Shown here piece by piece: positions 10,893 through 21,599 of a stretch of 64,000 nucleotides of DNA. The position numbers and the translations under genes were made by a program. Source of the stretch: Actinomycetales bacterium (GTDB lineage Bacteria > Actinomycetota > Actinomycetes > Actinomycetales > Dermatophilaceae); contig PDRO01000008.1 of NCBI GenBank assembly GCA_002748155.1, forward strand, positions 1,998 through 65,997, given 5' to 3'. How positions within the stretch are numbered: the first letter of the stretch is position 1; each line of letters opens with the position of its first letter. Below the pieces are notes generated by a model. That model was given only the letters and a program-made list of their open reading frames with translations. It did not search any database and was not told the origin of the DNA.

Positions 10893-13109
10893 CTACTCGC
10901 TGAGCCCGTGGCGGGCGTGCCAGCGGCGTAGTGGCGCAGGCGCCCACCAGTTTCGGTCGCCGAGCAACTCCATGGTGGCCGGCACGAGCAGCATCCGCAC
11001 GATGCTCGCATCGAGCAGGATGGCGATCATCAGGGCGGTGCCGGTCTGTTTGATCGAGAGCATCTTGCCGGCAACGAAGCCGGCGAAGACGATGACGATG
11101 AGCAGGGCTGCGCTCGTGATGATCCGTCCGGAACGTTGCAGACCCAGCTCAACGGCCCGTTTACTCGACACCCCGGAGCGGTACACCTCCGCGATCCTCG
11201 AGATGAGAAACAGCTCGTAGTCCATGCTCAGGCCGAAGCCCAAGGCGAACACCAGTGGCGGGATCATGGATTCGACGGCCCCGGTCGAGGTGAATCCGAG
11301 AAGCTCGCTGAGGTGGCCGTTCTGGAAGATCCACGTCGTGATGCCGAGTGAAGCACCCAACGAGAGCACGTTGAGGATCAACGCTTTGATCGGGATGACG
11401 ACCGAACCGGTCATGAGGAAGAGCAACAGGAACGTGGCCGAGACCACCGAGGCAATAGCCAGCGGCGCCTTGGCTTTCAGCTCCTCGGTGAAGTCGGCCA
11501 AGTCTGCCGACTGCCCGGCCACCCAGGTCTCGAAGCCGGGGTCTTGAGCGCGCAAGGTCTCCACGAGGTCGTTGGTGACCGGGGAGAGGCTGCCTTCGTC
11601 GGTCCGGACCGAGACGACCGAGAAGCCGTCGCCCAACTCGTCCACCGAGACCGTGGCGACTCCGGTGAGTGGTTCGATGTCGTTCTTGGCATAGGCGGCT
11701 GCCTGGTCCGGCGATGCCTCGACGACAATGGTCGCCTCCGCAATGCCCAGTTGAGGGTAGTGGGCCTCGAGCGCGTCGAAGAAGTCGCGTTGGCTGGACC
11801 CGACCGGCAGCAGTTCGTATCTCGAATTGGTCAGCTGCATCGACAGTGTCGGCAGAGCGAAGACGATGAGGACACCGACAGTGACTGGGAACACGAGCCA
11901 CGGCATCCGATGCACCCAGCCGGCCAGCTTCGAGAACAGGCCGTGGTCGGAAGCGGTCTGCGTGCTCTTGGCCAGAAGCCGGTTAGCCGCGACAGCGCAC
12001 ATGGCAGGGACCAGCGAGATACCGGCCAGCATGGCGATGAGCACGACCGACATGCCGGCGGCACCGACGGCTCGCATGTACGACGCGTTGAAGACCATGA
12101 GCCCGGCCAGGGAGATGGCAACGGTGATCCCGGAGAAGAAGACCGTCCGGCCGGCGGTGGCGACGGTCCGAGAGATCGCTGTTTCGATCTCGGTGTCGGT
12201 GAGGCCGGCTGCCGGTCGGCCTCGGGCCACGACGCGCAACTCCTCACGCGCGCGCGAGACGATGAGCAGGCCGTAGTCGATGCTTAAGGCCAGGCCGAAC
12301 AGGGTGACGACGTTGACGACTGACGCGTCGAGGTCGAAGGCGTAGGTGAAACCGTAGAGGGCAGCCAGCCCACCAACGATTGAGGCGACCGCCCCGAGGA
12401 TCGGCATACCGGCAGCGATGAATCCACCGAAGACGAACACCATGAGAATGAAGCTCAACGGCAGGGCGATGCCTTCACCGGTGCGAAAGTCCTCTTGGAC
12501 CTGGTTGAGGATCTCGTCGACGAGCAGCGTCCTCCCCCCGATACTGGTCGACACCTCGGGGTCGCCGGGGAGCGTTCGTCCGAGATCCTCGTATGCCGAG
12601 CGCACGCTGGATTGTGCGGTCGTTAGGTGTTGCTCGTCGAGGCTCGAGTCGAACCGGGTGACCATGATGAAGCCGCCCGAGTCGAGCGCGCCGTCAGCGA
12701 TCAACCCGCGGGCTCGGGGATCGTTCGGACCATCGGGGAAGACGTAGGGGTTGGCCGCCGAGGTGACTCCGTCGATCCCCATGACCTCGGCTGCTGTACC
12801 GGCGGCCGCTTGAGCGACCTCGGGCGACGTGAGGTCCACCCCCTCGACCATGAGCAACACGCCAGCCTGCTCGCGCTCGTGCTCGTCGATGAGATCCCAT
12901 GCCGTCTGTGACTCTCCGGGCACGCTGGGAACGCCGCTGGTCAACCGGTCGAACAATGATTGGTTGGTGCCGAGGCCACCAAGGGCCACGGCGGCGGCGG
13001 CGATCGTGATGACCAACCACACAAGCGCGATCCGCCACGGATGCCTGGCGGTGACCCCACCCCACCGCGCCAGCAGGCTGTGACGATCAGCAGGGCTGCC
13101 GTTCCTCAT
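10893..13109 (-). CDS. MMPL/RND-superfamily membrane transporter
   Basis: The 738-aa protein has two blocks of transmembrane helices separated by soluble loops. Typical MMPL segments include GIALPLSFILMVFVFGG, DYGLLIVSRAREE and MDYELFLISRI. Confidence 0.85.
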   Translation of the reverse strand: MRNGSPADRHSLLARWGGVTARHPWRIALVWLVITIAAAAVALGGLGTNQSLFDRLTSGVPSVPGESQTAWDLIDEHEREQAGVLLMVEGVDLTSPEVAQAAAGTAAEVMGIDGVTSAANPYVFPDGPNDPRARGLIADGALDSGGFIMVTRFDSSLDEQHLTTAQSSVRSAYEDLGRTLPGDPEVSTSIGGRTLLVDEILNQVQEDFRTGEGIALPLSFILMVFVFGGFIAAGMPILGAVASIVGGLAALYGFTYAFDLDASVVNVVTLFGLALSIDYGLLIVSRAREELRVVARGRPAAGLTDTEIETAISRTVATAGRTVFFSGITVAISLAGLMVFNASYMRAVGAAGMSVVLIAMLAGISLVPAMCAVAANRLLAKSTQTASDHGLFSKLAGWVHRMPWLVFPVTVGVLIVFALPTLSMQLTNSRYELLPVGSSQRDFFDALEAHYPQLGIAEATIVVEASPDQAAAYAKNDIEPLTGVATVSVDELGDGFSVVSVRTDEGSLSPVTNDLVETLRAQDPGFETWVAGQSADLADFTEELKAKAPLAIASVVSATFLLLFLMTGSVVIPIKALILNVLSLGASLGITTWIFQNGHLSELLGFTSTGAVESMIPPLVFALGFGLSMDYELFLISRIAEVYRSGVSSKRAVELGLQRSGRIITSAALLIVIVFAGFVAGKMLSIKQTGTALMIAILLDASIVRMLLVPATMELLGDRNWWAPAPLRRWHARHGLSE

Positions 13110-13250
13110 GGCGGATAGCCTCTCATGGTGCGACCGGCTTCTGGATCACGAGCGGATGCGGCCGCAGTTCTCCCAAAGGCATTCTCCCTTGCGTTGCAGA
13201 GAAACTGGCGCCTTCAGCGAAGCTATCGTACGATGAGAACCTCGAGCGCA

Positions 13251-15506
13251 TTAGCCTACCCGTGCACCGTCGGCTGGTACGCCTTCGCGCCAATATGCCA
13301 TGCTGTTCTGCGTCTTTCCGGACAGGCCGAACTGACCTTTAAAGATCGAACGAACCGTTTGGGCTGCATTGAACTCTCCGGCGAACCAAGCATAGGACAC
13401 AGGTTCGTTCGTGCAGTTTCGGATCATATCCGCGACCTGCTCGGAAAAAACCGCCGGCTCCACTGCGGTCACTTTTCGGTTTGATGGAGGTAGATAGGCC
13501 TCCAGAGCCTCCTGTGACGGGGCGGCAGCGAATAGATAGCCGGTGACCCGGCCATCGACGTTCTCAATGAGTCTCGCCACCGCAGGCAGACCGGTGTAGT
13601 CAGCGGCCAGGACAACATTGTCAGTGCTAGGTAGGTGGGGGTCTCCGCCAGGGCCCATAACGCCCACCTCTTGTTCGTCACCTTCGAGTGCCGCCCAGTT
13701 CGAGATGAGACCGCCGTCATGATGGGCCACGTCGACATCGATCTCACGCTCATGTAACCGAATCTGGCGGATCGTCACGAAGCGGGCGTGGAGCTTGTCT
13801 TGTCCCTGAGGCCATGAAATGCCGCCGTTTTCAGCGATCACCGGCCAGACCGGCGTGCGGCCACGCTCTTCGGGCATCATCACTTTGATGTGGATGCCGT
13901 CCCGGGTCAGTGCCTCTACATCGATGCCTGAGAGCGTCACTCGGATCAGCCCTGGGAAGATCCCTTGTCTTCGGGTAGCTCGCAGGATGCGGAAGTTGGA
14001 GGGCAGCTCACCGACTCGGATACCCCCGGTCCAGCGCATCTCTTCGATCGCTTTCGGATCAATCTCACCCACATGCTCGACGATCTCATCGCGAATGAAG
14101 GTCATGAAATTATCAGTGGGGGTCTCAATGCGGATGTCGATCGCGCCTTCCAGTGCTTTCATCTCTACCTTGCAGCCCATTTCTTCCATCAGCAGACAGT
14201 CTGGCCCCGGTCGACTGCAGGTGATGCCGTGTTCGGCGAGTTCAACCTCGCAAACGTCCAGGATCTTTGCGGCGCTATCGGTCGTGATTGTTCCCGTTGA
14301 CACTACCTGCTCGCCATCAAGACCCACGGCAGACGTGCCGAAGGGACCAAACCAGAAGTAAAGGATCGCCAGGGGTACGAAGCCAAGCAAGACAGCCGTA
14401 GCGAAAACCGGCAGATAGCCTTGATTGTCGTAGATGTTGCCGGAGACGGGATTCATAAGAATGGGCAGGAATGACATGATTGCCACCTGCATCGTGAAAT
14501 CGAAGCCGGGGATTTGTGGGCGTACCTTGTCCATTGCTCCGCCATACAGCGCGACATCGGCTATTGCGATGGCAGCCCAGGCAATGATGATGGACACCCG
14601 GACTCCCCCAGGTAGGGTGGCGGCTAGAATACAGGCCGTGATCAGCACGGCGATGTTTATCAGCCCCACCAGATAGAGCGCGCTAACCCGAGGTAGGCGG
14701 CGGATCAGCGGGCCGATGATAAGCGACGAACCACCCGCCGCAGACATGGCTAACAGGCCGAACCACAGGGCGATTTCCTCGGTCGACATTCCCTGGTCAA
14801 CCATCATCATGCGTAGGGGCAGCGTGATCAGGGCAAGCGGCAGGCGCATCGTGCATAGTATCGCCAGCCAAGGCCGTATGCGCGGCTGCACGAAGAAGCG
14901 TAGCGCGTTTCGGAAAGTCACTTTGGGTGCGCTGCGCGGGCGCGCCGGTTCCTGCACAAGCACGAGCATCAGCAAAGGTGCGGTGAAGATCGCGGCCTGT
15001 GCCAGCAGAGCAACGGTCCAACCGATCCGGTCGTAGAGATGGAGAAACCCGAAACCCCCGACTATCGCCCCGAGATAGATGCCGAGGTTTTGAAAGCTGG
15101 CGCCCATAGTGCGCTCTTCACGGTGCGTGAGCGATATGGCCAATGCGTCCACAGCGACGTCTTGGGTGCTGACAGCCGCCAAGGCGATGAAAAGCACAAT
15201 GAAAAGAGGAATAACAGGACCAGAAGGATCGAGGAAAGCTAGGACAAGCAGTGCCGCCACGTGGAGGCTTGAGAGGGCAACGATCCAGGACTTGTAACGG
15301 TCGCGTCCGAGCCTGTATTTGTCGATTAGTGGCGCCCAAAGGAACTTAAGAATGTACGGTGTGCCGGCCAGCATAACGAAGCCGATGGTCGTGGCCGAGT
15401 GCCCTTCTTTGCGTAGCACAATCGGCACCGTCATCAGGGTGAAGGTCGCCGGGATGAACTGTACGGCGTAAAGCATCCCGATGACGGACAGGATACGCCA
15501 ACGCAT
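13251..15506 (-). CDS. Fusion protein: AmpG/RhtX-FptX-like MFS permease + DUF2218-like linker + siderophore-interacting protein (SIP/ViuB flavoreductase)
   Basis: The N-terminal ~400 aa are polytopic and AmpG/RhtX-like (LKFLWAPLIDKY...). The C-terminal ~270 aa carry SIP hallmarks: RFVTIR (cf. the RxYTxR FAD motif), IDVDVAHH, GPGG and YAWFAGE. It is one uninterrupted ORF. G+C is much lower than in the neighbours (line 14101-14160 is 31/60 G+C). Confidence 0.75.
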   Translation of the reverse strand: MRWRILSVIGMLYAVQFIPATFTLMTVPIVLRKEGHSATTIGFVMLAGTPYILKFLWAPLIDKYRLGRDRYKSWIVALSSLHVAALLVLAFLDPSGPVIPLFIVLFIALAAVSTQDVAVDALAISLTHREERTMGASFQNLGIYLGAIVGGFGFLHLYDRIGWTVALLAQAAIFTAPLLMLVLVQEPARPRSAPKVTFRNALRFFVQPRIRPWLAILCTMRLPLALITLPLRMMMVDQGMSTEEIALWFGLLAMSAAGGSSLIIGPLIRRLPRVSALYLVGLINIAVLITACILAATLPGGVRVSIIIAWAAIAIADVALYGGAMDKVRPQIPGFDFTMQVAIMSFLPILMNPVSGNIYDNQGYLPVFATAVLLGFVPLAILYFWFGPFGTSAVGLDGEQVVSTGTITTDSAAKILDVCEVELAEHGITCSRPGPDCLLMEEMGCKVEMKALEGAIDIRIETPTDNFMTFIRDEIVEHVGEIDPKAIEEMRWTGGIRVGELPSNFRILRATRRQGIFPGLIRVTLSGIDVEALTRDGIHIKVMMPEERGRTPVWPVIAENGGISWPQGQDKLHARFVTIRQIRLHEREIDVDVAHHDGGLISNWAALEGDEQEVGVMGPGGDPHLPSTDNVVLAADYTGLPAVARLIENVDGRVTGYLFAAAPSQEALEAYLPPSNRKVTAVEPAVFSEQVADMIRNCTNEPVSYAWFAGEFNAAQTVRSIFKGQFGLSGKTQNSMAYWREGVPADGARVG

Positions 15507-15589
15507 ACAGACCTCCTATGTTCTAGATTGCTAGTGGAAGCACAGCAGGGCTGTTTTTAGTAAAGCAATGTGAGGGCCACCGGAAAGGT

Positions 15590-15760
15590 TCGTAGGCCCC
15601 GAATGAGTAGAAGAAGTCGAGGTGACTCGAGCCGACCGGCAGCAGCTCGTGTTTCGGACCGGTCAGTTGCATCGACGGTGTCGGCAGAGCCACGATGAGT
15701 GGTGACCTCGCGCCACCAGGTGAGCAGACTCCGGCGATCCCCGAGGTTAGCCATGCTCAC
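15590..15760 (-). pseudogene. Decayed remnant of a second MMPL gene (N-terminus joined to a mid-gene fragment)
   Basis: 15592-15700 aligns by eye at roughly three-quarters identity to 11761-11870 of the intact MMPL gene (..LPTLSMQLTNSRYELLPVGSSQRDFF..). 15700-15760 resembles the MMPL start region 13050-13109 (DRRSLLTWW vs DRHSLLARW). The two pieces are out of frame, and more than 1 kb of the gene is missing between them. Confidence 0.55.
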
Positions 15761-15853
15761 AAAGGATAGCCTTACATAAGTAACCGGCTTCTGGACGAGG
15801 AGTCGGGATGAATCACTCGGCCCGCGTCGGTCGTTCGCCGTGAAGGAGCAGGT

Positions 15854-17296
15854 GTGCCAGGCCGGTCCAGCACCCCCACCGGGTCCGACGACTTGTTCGG
15901 TGCTGCCGCAGCGAACCCGACCAGTTCTGCGGATCCGGCGTGGCGGGCCGCAGATGACGTGCTGCCACCGTTGGCGGTGCGGATGCGGCCACGCACCGTG
16001 GACGAGGTGCTCGGGCAGGACGGCGTGCTATCGGCCGGCACGCCGCTGCGACGATTGATCGACGGTGCCGCCGGCTTGGCCGGCCCGGTGTCGGCGATCA
16101 TCTGGGGCCCGGCCGGCACCGGTAAGACGACGTTGGCCCACCTGGTGGCGTCGGCCGCTGAGCGCAGGTTTGTCGAGCTGTCCGCGGTCACCGCCGGTGT
16201 CAAAGACGTCCGGGCCGCTATGGACGCCGCGGCTCGGGAGCGTGACCTGACCGGCCGTCAGACGGTGCTTTTCCTCGACGAGATCCACCGGTTCACCAAA
16301 GCCCAACAAGACGCCTTGCTCCCAGGGGTGGAGAATCGCCAGGTCATCCTGGTGGCAGCCACCACCGAGAATCCGTCTTTTTCCGTGATCACGCCCTTGT
16401 TGTCCCGCTCGGTGCTGGTCACCGTGGCAGCGCTGAGCGAGGCGGACATCGATGCCGTGGTGCAGCGGGCACTCGTCGACGAGCGCGGGTTCGGTGGGGC
16501 CGTCGAGCTGACCTCGCAGGCCCGGGAGCACTTGGTGCGGATCGCCGGCGGTGATGCCCGCCGCGCGTTGACCTCGCTCGAGGCCGGTGTCGGGGTGGCT
16601 CTGGACGATCAGCCCGGGATCGCCATGGCGGACGTCGATCAGGAGTCACCCCCGGCGACGGTGACGGTCCAGCTCGCGCACGTCGAACGTGCGGTGGCGA
16701 CGGCTGCCGTGCGCTACGACCGAGCGGGTGATCAGCACTACGACGTGGCGTCGGCGCTGATCAAGTCGATGCGCGGTTCTGACGCCGATGCAGCGTTGCA
16801 CTACCTGGCCCGCATGCTCGAAGCCGGCGAGGATCCACGATTCGTCGCCCGCCGGATCGTCATCGCGGCCAGTGAGGACGTCGGGATGGCCGACCCGACC
16901 GCACTCCAGACCGCAGTCGCCGCGATGCACGCCGTCGCCCAGATCGGCATGCCCGAAGCCCGGATCGTCCTGGCCCAAGCGGTCGTGCACGTCACGCTCG
17001 CCCCCAAGTCGAACGCGGCATACGTGGGCATCAACGCTGCGATCGCTGATCTGCGAGCTGGGCGCGGCGGCCCGGTGCCGGGACACCTGCGAGGCAGTGG
17101 GTATGCCGGTGCTGCGCGATTGGGTCACGGGGCCGGCTACGTCTACGCGCACGACGAACCGGACGGGGTCGCGGCCCAGCAGTATCTGCCCGACGACCTG
17201 CACGGCATCGTCGACTACTACCGGCCGACCGCGCGCGGTTTCGAGGAGCGGTTGGCGCAGCGGTGGCGTTGGCTCCGTGATCGGCTTCGTAGCTGA
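15854..17296 (+). CDS. rarA: Replication-associated recombination protein A (AAA+ ATPase RarA/MgsA)
   Basis: Walker A is GPAGTGKTT and Walker B is [10 protein letters not shown]. The C-terminal MgsA domain has [19 protein letters not shown] gaaggag RBS precedes the GTG start. Confidence 0.85.
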   Translation: MPGRSSTPTGSDDLFGAAAANPTSSADPAWRAADDVLPPLAVRMRPRTVDEVLGQDGVLSAGTPLRRLIDGAAGLAGPVSAIIWGPAGTGKTTLAHLVASAAERRFVELSAVTAGVKDVRAAMDAAARERDLTGRQTVLFLDEIHRFTKAQQDALLPGVENRQVILVAATTENPSFSVITPLLSRSVLVTVAALSEADIDAVVQRALVDERGFGGAVELTSQAREHLVRIAGGDARRALTSLEAGVGVALDDQPGIAMADVDQESPPATVTVQLAHVERAVATAAVRYDRAGDQHYDVASALIKSMRGSDADAALHYLARMLEAGEDPRFVARRIVIAASEDVGMADPTALQTAVAAMHAVAQIGMPEARIVLAQAVVHVTLAPKSNAAYVGINAAIADLRAGRGGPVPGHLRGSGYAGAARLGHGAGYVYAHDEPDGVAAQQYLPDDLHGIVDYYRPTARGFEERLAQRWRWLRDRLRS

Positions 17297-17336
17297 TCTC
17301 GCACGCAGGGGCTGGTCAGGGTAGAGCCGTCGACTG

Positions 17337-18515
17337 CTAGGCGGGAGAGTCCACCGAGTCGATCGGGGCGTCCTGCGGCTCGACAGGTGCGTCCTGCGCT
17401 CCGGTCAAGTCGGCCGACGTCGCCCACGGACCGGCAGCGGACTCCTGGCTGGCCCCCTGACTGGCGTCGGGCCCGACGACCGCCCGGGGCTCGGCGAAGT
17501 GACAGGCGCTGCGGTGCTCGAGCTCACCGTCGGGCCGGTCGACGAGCTCGGGTTCTTCCTCGATGCAGAGTTCTTGAGTCCGCCAGCATCGGGTGTGGAA
17601 CCGGCAGCCGCTCGGTGGATTGGCCGGTGACGGCACGTCGCCGGTGAGCACGATGACCGCTTTGCGTTCCCGGTAGGTCGGGTCGGGCACCGGCACTGCC
17701 GACAGCAGTGCCTGGGTGTAGGGATGGGTCGGGCGCTGATAGATCTGGCCTTCGTCACCGAACTCGGCGAGCTTGCCGAGATACATCACGCCCACCCGGT
17801 CGGAAATGTGCCGGACGACGGACAAGTCGTGGGCGATGAAGACGTAGGAGAGACCGAGCTCGTCCTGCAGTTCCTCCAGCAGGTTGACCACCTGGGCCTG
17901 CACCGATACGTCGAGCGCGGACACCGGCTCATCGCAGATCAGCACCTTGGGATGCAGCGCGATACCGCGAGCGATGCCGATCCGTTGACGCTGGCCGCCG
18001 GAGAACTGATGGGGGAAACGGTTGATGTGCTCGGGATTGAGCCCGACCAGGTCGAGCAGTTCCTCGACCCGCTTCCGTCGCTGCGCTTTCGGCACGACGT
18101 CCGGGTGGATCTCGAACGGCTCGCCGACGATGTCGCCGACCGTTCGCCGCGGGTTGAGCGACGTGTAGGGATCCTGGAAGACGATCTGGATGTCGCGTCG
18201 CAACCGCCGCATGTCGGCGCCGCTGTGGGCGTACATGTCCACGCCCTCGAACATGACGGTGCCGGAAGTCGGCTCCTCGAGGCGCATCAGCAGCCGGCCC
18301 AGAGTGGACTTGCCACAACCGGATTCACCGACGATGCCCAGCGTTTCACCGCGGCGCAGCTCGAAGGACACCCCGTCGACGGCTTTGACGTGACCGATGG
18401 TGTGTTTGAGGATGCCGCCCTTGATCGGGTAGTGCTTGACGAGGTCCTGAGCGACGAGGATCGGGTCACCGGGCTTGGGGGGCTTGGGGTCGGCCGGCTT
18501 GGAGTGTTCAGGCAT
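17337..18515 (-). CDS. Peptide ABC transporter ATP-binding protein (DppF/OppF type) with a Pro/Asp/Ala-rich C-terminal tail
   Basis: Motifs present: [34 protein letters not shown], and the oligopeptide C-terminal Cys motif (CRFHTRC). The start is set to the ATG at 18515, which gives an 8-nt ATGCCTGA overlap with the upstream gene. Confidence 0.85.
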   Translation of the reverse strand: MPEHSKPADPKPPKPGDPILVAQDLVKHYPIKGGILKHTIGHVKAVDGVSFELRRGETLGIVGESGCGKSTLGRLLMRLEEPTSGTVMFEGVDMYAHSGADMRRLRRDIQIVFQDPYTSLNPRRTVGDIVGEPFEIHPDVVPKAQRRKRVEELLDLVGLNPEHINRFPHQFSGGQRQRIGIARGIALHPKVLICDEPVSALDVSVQAQVVNLLEELQDELGLSYVFIAHDLSVVRHISDRVGVMYLGKLAEFGDEGQIYQRPTHPYTQALLSAVPVPDPTYRERKAVIVLTGDVPSPANPPSGCRFHTRCWRTQELCIEEEPELVDRPDGELEHRSACHFAEPRAVVGPDASQGASQESAAGPWATSADLTGAQDAPVEPQDAPIDSVDSPA

Positions 18516-19563
18516 TGAGCACCTCCTCGCTGTGGTGGCAGGCCGCCAGTCGTCCGGGGCGCACCTCACGTAGCACGGGCACGTGCTCACGACACATATC
18601 GGTGGCGAAGACACATCGTGGGTTGAAGGCGCAACCCGGTGGGATCCGCATCAGGTTCGGTGGCAGGCCACCGATCGCAGCGAGGTTCCGGCCCTTCTGG
18701 TCGAGTCGTGGGATCGAGTCGAGCAGACCCTTGGTGTAGGCGTGCGCGGGCTTGGCGTAGACGTCATGGACGTCGGCCTTCTCGACCAGCCGCCCGGCAT
18801 ACATCACGCCGATGCGGTCGGCGACATCGGCCACCACTCCGAGGTCGTGGGTGATCAGGATGAGACCCATCTGCCGTTCGTGCTGGATCTCCTTGAGTAG
18901 GTCCATGATCTGGGCCTGCACGGTGACGTCGAGCGCCGTAGTCGGTTCGTCGGCGATGAGCACCTTCGGGTCGAGGGCGATGGCCATGGCGATCATGATC
19001 CGCTGACGCATGCCGCCGGAAAACTGGTGCGGGTAGGCCTTGGCCCGCTGCCGGGCTGCCGGGATCTGGACGAGTTCCATGAGCCGGACGGCTTCTTCGT
19101 ATGCCGCTGACCGGCCCAGCCTACGATGGACGCGGAACATCTCGGCGATTTGCCAACCCACCGGGAAGGTCGGGTTGAGCGCACTGAGGGCATCCTGGAA
19201 GATCATCGAGATCTCCGGGCCGCGGGTCTTGCGGCGCGCTTCCTCGGGGAGGGTGAGCAGGTCGACTCCGCAATAGGCGATCGTTCCGTACGGGATCTGG
19301 GCCACGGGTGCGTCGAGGATGCCCATGATCGCCTGGGCGGTGACCGACTTGCCCGACCCGGACTCGCCGATGATCGCCAAGGTCTCGCCTTCGTGCAGCG
19401 TCATCGACACACCGTTGATCGCCTTGGCGACTCCGTCGAGAGTGTGGAACTCGACGTAGAGATCCTGGACGTCGAGCAGGAGCCCGTCGACCGGCTGGTA
19501 GTTGCCCGGTGGCGCCGGGGGGCTTGATGGTGTTTGAGCTTCGGTGATCGTCATCGGGCTCAC
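18508..19563 (-). CDS. Peptide ABC transporter ATP-binding protein (DppD/OppD type)
   Basis: Motifs present: [34 protein letters not shown]. Confidence 0.85.
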   Translation of the reverse strand: MSPMTITEAQTPSSPPAPPGNYQPVDGLLLDVQDLYVEFHTLDGVAKAINGVSMTLHEGETLAIIGESGSGKSVTAQAIMGILDAPVAQIPYGTIAYCGVDLLTLPEEARRKTRGPEISMIFQDALSALNPTFPVGWQIAEMFRVHRRLGRSAAYEEAVRLMELVQIPAARQRAKAYPHQFSGGMRQRIMIAMAIALDPKVLIADEPTTALDVTVQAQIMDLLKEIQHERQMGLILITHDLGVVADVADRIGVMYAGRLVEKADVHDVYAKPAHAYTKGLLDSIPRLDQKGRNLAAIGGLPPNLMRIPPGCAFNPRCVFATDMCREHVPVLREVRPGRLAACHHSEEVLNA

Positions 19564-20504
19564 CTGGTCTTCGGATCGAAGGCGTCGCGGACGGTGTCAC
19601 CGAGCATGATGAACGCGAGCACGGCGAGGCTGAGGAAGAGGGACGGGAACATCAACATGTAGGGCGCCACCCGGATGTAGTCGAGCGAGTCGGAGATCGC
19701 CACGCCCCACGAGATCGCTGGGGAGACCAATCCGATCCCGAGAAACGACAGGGTCGCCTCGGCGGCGATGTAGGCGCCGAGGTTGATCGTCGCGACGACG
19801 ATGACCGGGCCGACCGCGTTCGGCAGGATGTGCGAACGGATGATCCGCCACGGGCTGGCACCGAGCGCGCGGGCCGCCTGCACGTAGTCGTTGGGCAGCA
19901 CTTGCAACACCGAGCCCCGGATGAGTCGGGCGATGCCGGGCCAGCCGAGCACGGCCAAGGCGATCACGACCTTGCCAATCACCGAGAAGAAGCTCGAATT
20001 GACGTCGTTGGGAAAGGTCGTCATGAGCAGGATGCCACCGAGCAAGAAGGGGATAGCGAAGAAGACATCGGTGATCCGCATGACGATCGCATCCCAGACA
20101 CCACCTCGGTAGGCGGCCGCAGTGCCGACAATGACCCCGACGACTGAGGTGCAGATCGTGGCCAACAGGCCGACCAGGATCGAGGCGCGGGCTCCGTACA
20201 CGGTGCGGGCATAGATGTCGTAACCCTGCAGGTCGCGGCCGAACCACTGGTCAGCTGACGGTGGTGTCATGCTCTTGTCGAGCATGGCTTCGGTCGGGTC
20301 TTTGTCCGTGAACACCTGCGGTGCGACCGCCATGACGACGAAAAGCACGATGAGCGTGATCGCGACCCAGAAGAGCGGCTTGCGCCGCAGGTCGCGCCAA
20401 GCTTCGGAGGTCAGCGACCGGGGTGGCTCGCGGTCTTCGATCTCGGCAGTGAGTGGCGTGGCCTCGCCGATCTGATCGCTCGGGGGGGTGTCCCGACTAG
20501 TCAT
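19560..20504 (-). CDS. Peptide ABC transporter permease (DppC/OppC type)
   Basis: It is a polytopic protein with the BPD-transporter EAA-like loop (AARALGASPWRIIRSHILPN). Its ends overlap both neighbouring genes. Confidence 0.85.
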   Translation of the reverse strand: MTSRDTPPSDQIGEATPLTAEIEDREPPRSLTSEAWRDLRRKPLFWVAITLIVLFVVMAVAPQVFTDKDPTEAMLDKSMTPPSADQWFGRDLQGYDIYARTVYGARASILVGLLATICTSVVGVIVGTAAAYRGGVWDAIVMRITDVFFAIPFLLGGILLMTTFPNDVNSSFFSVIGKVVIALAVLGWPGIARLIRGSVLQVLPNDYVQAARALGASPWRIIRSHILPNAVGPVIVVATINLGAYIAAEATLSFLGIGLVSPAISWGVAISDSLDYIRVAPYMLMFPSLFLSLAVLAFIMLGDTVRDAFDPKTR

Positions 20505-21423
20505 GGCTGATCCTCGGGTCCAGGACGCCGTAGAGCACGTCGACGATGAGATTCATGACGAGATAGACGATGACGAGCACGGTGACCGCACCGACGACGA
20601 CGACCCCGTCCCGGCCGTGGATGCCTTGGAAGATGAAGCCGCCGACTCCGCGAATGTTGAAGATGCTCTCGGTGACGATCGCACCGCCGAGCAGCGCCCC
20701 GAAGTCGGCGCCGACGTAGGTGACGACTGGGATGAGGGAATTGCGCAGGGTATGGATGCCGATCGTTCGTCGTCGGCTCAGGCCCTTGGCGATTGCCGTG
20801 CGCACGTAGTCGGCCCGAAGGTTCTCGACCAGGTTGGTGCGGGTGAGCCGTGCCACGTACGCGAGAGAGAGGGCACCGAGCACGATGCCGGGTAGCAGCA
20901 GCTCGCCCCAGTTGCCGGCTGACGACACAGTGGGGGGGAACCAGCCGAGGTTGACCCCGAAGATGGTCTGGCTCACCGAGCCGATGACGAATACCGGGAT
21001 AGCGATGACGACCAGAGTGCTCAGCAGCACCAGACTGTCGACGAAACCTCCTTTGCGGATGCCGGCGATGACCCCGGCGAGGACGCCGACGACCAGTTCC
21101 ATGACCACGGCGATGATCGCGAGCCGGGCAGTGATCGGGTAACGCTGAAGCAGTTCTTCGCGGACATCGAGACCTTGGAAGGTCGTGCCGAAGTCGCCTT
21201 GACCGAGGTTGCCGAGGTAGTTGACATAGCGCACCGGTAGCGGGTCGTCGAGGTGGTGTTCAGCGCGGAACTTGGCCTCGAAGGCGGCTGGACAAGGCCG
21301 TTCGCCGCACTTGCCGGCCAACGGGTCACCGGGGAGGGCGTAGACCATGGCGAAGATGAGGAAGGTAGCGCCGAGCACCACGGGGATCATCTGCAGCAGG
21401 CGCCTGACGATGTACCTGCCCAT
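20497..21423 (-). CDS. Peptide ABC transporter permease (DppB/OppB type)
   Basis: The typical N-terminus MGRYIVRRLLQMIPV is present, along with the loop YVRTAIAKGLSRRRTIGIHTLRNSL. The start is set to the ATG at 21423. Confidence 0.85.
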   Translation of the reverse strand: MGRYIVRRLLQMIPVVLGATFLIFAMVYALPGDPLAGKCGERPCPAAFEAKFRAEHHLDDPLPVRYVNYLGNLGQGDFGTTFQGLDVREELLQRYPITARLAIIAVVMELVVGVLAGVIAGIRKGGFVDSLVLLSTLVVIAIPVFVIGSVSQTIFGVNLGWFPPTVSSAGNWGELLLPGIVLGALSLAYVARLTRTNLVENLRADYVRTAIAKGLSRRRTIGIHTLRNSLIPVVTYVGADFGALLGGAIVTESIFNIRGVGGFIFQGIHGRDGVVVVGAVTVLVIVYLVMNLIVDVLYGVLDPRISHD

Positions 21424-21599
21424 GGGTTGCCTCCTCGGTGTTCGCCGCAATGACGGGGCTGTGGATGACAGGGCTGGGCCAGGCTAGCCGATCCCTAGTG
21501 CGGGCAGCCGTTGGCCCACCGATCCATGCGGGTCGGCGGGCCAACGGGTCAGCTCGGTCGTCGTCGCGGGCTTGGGCCCGTCGACGATAGGCCGTTCGG

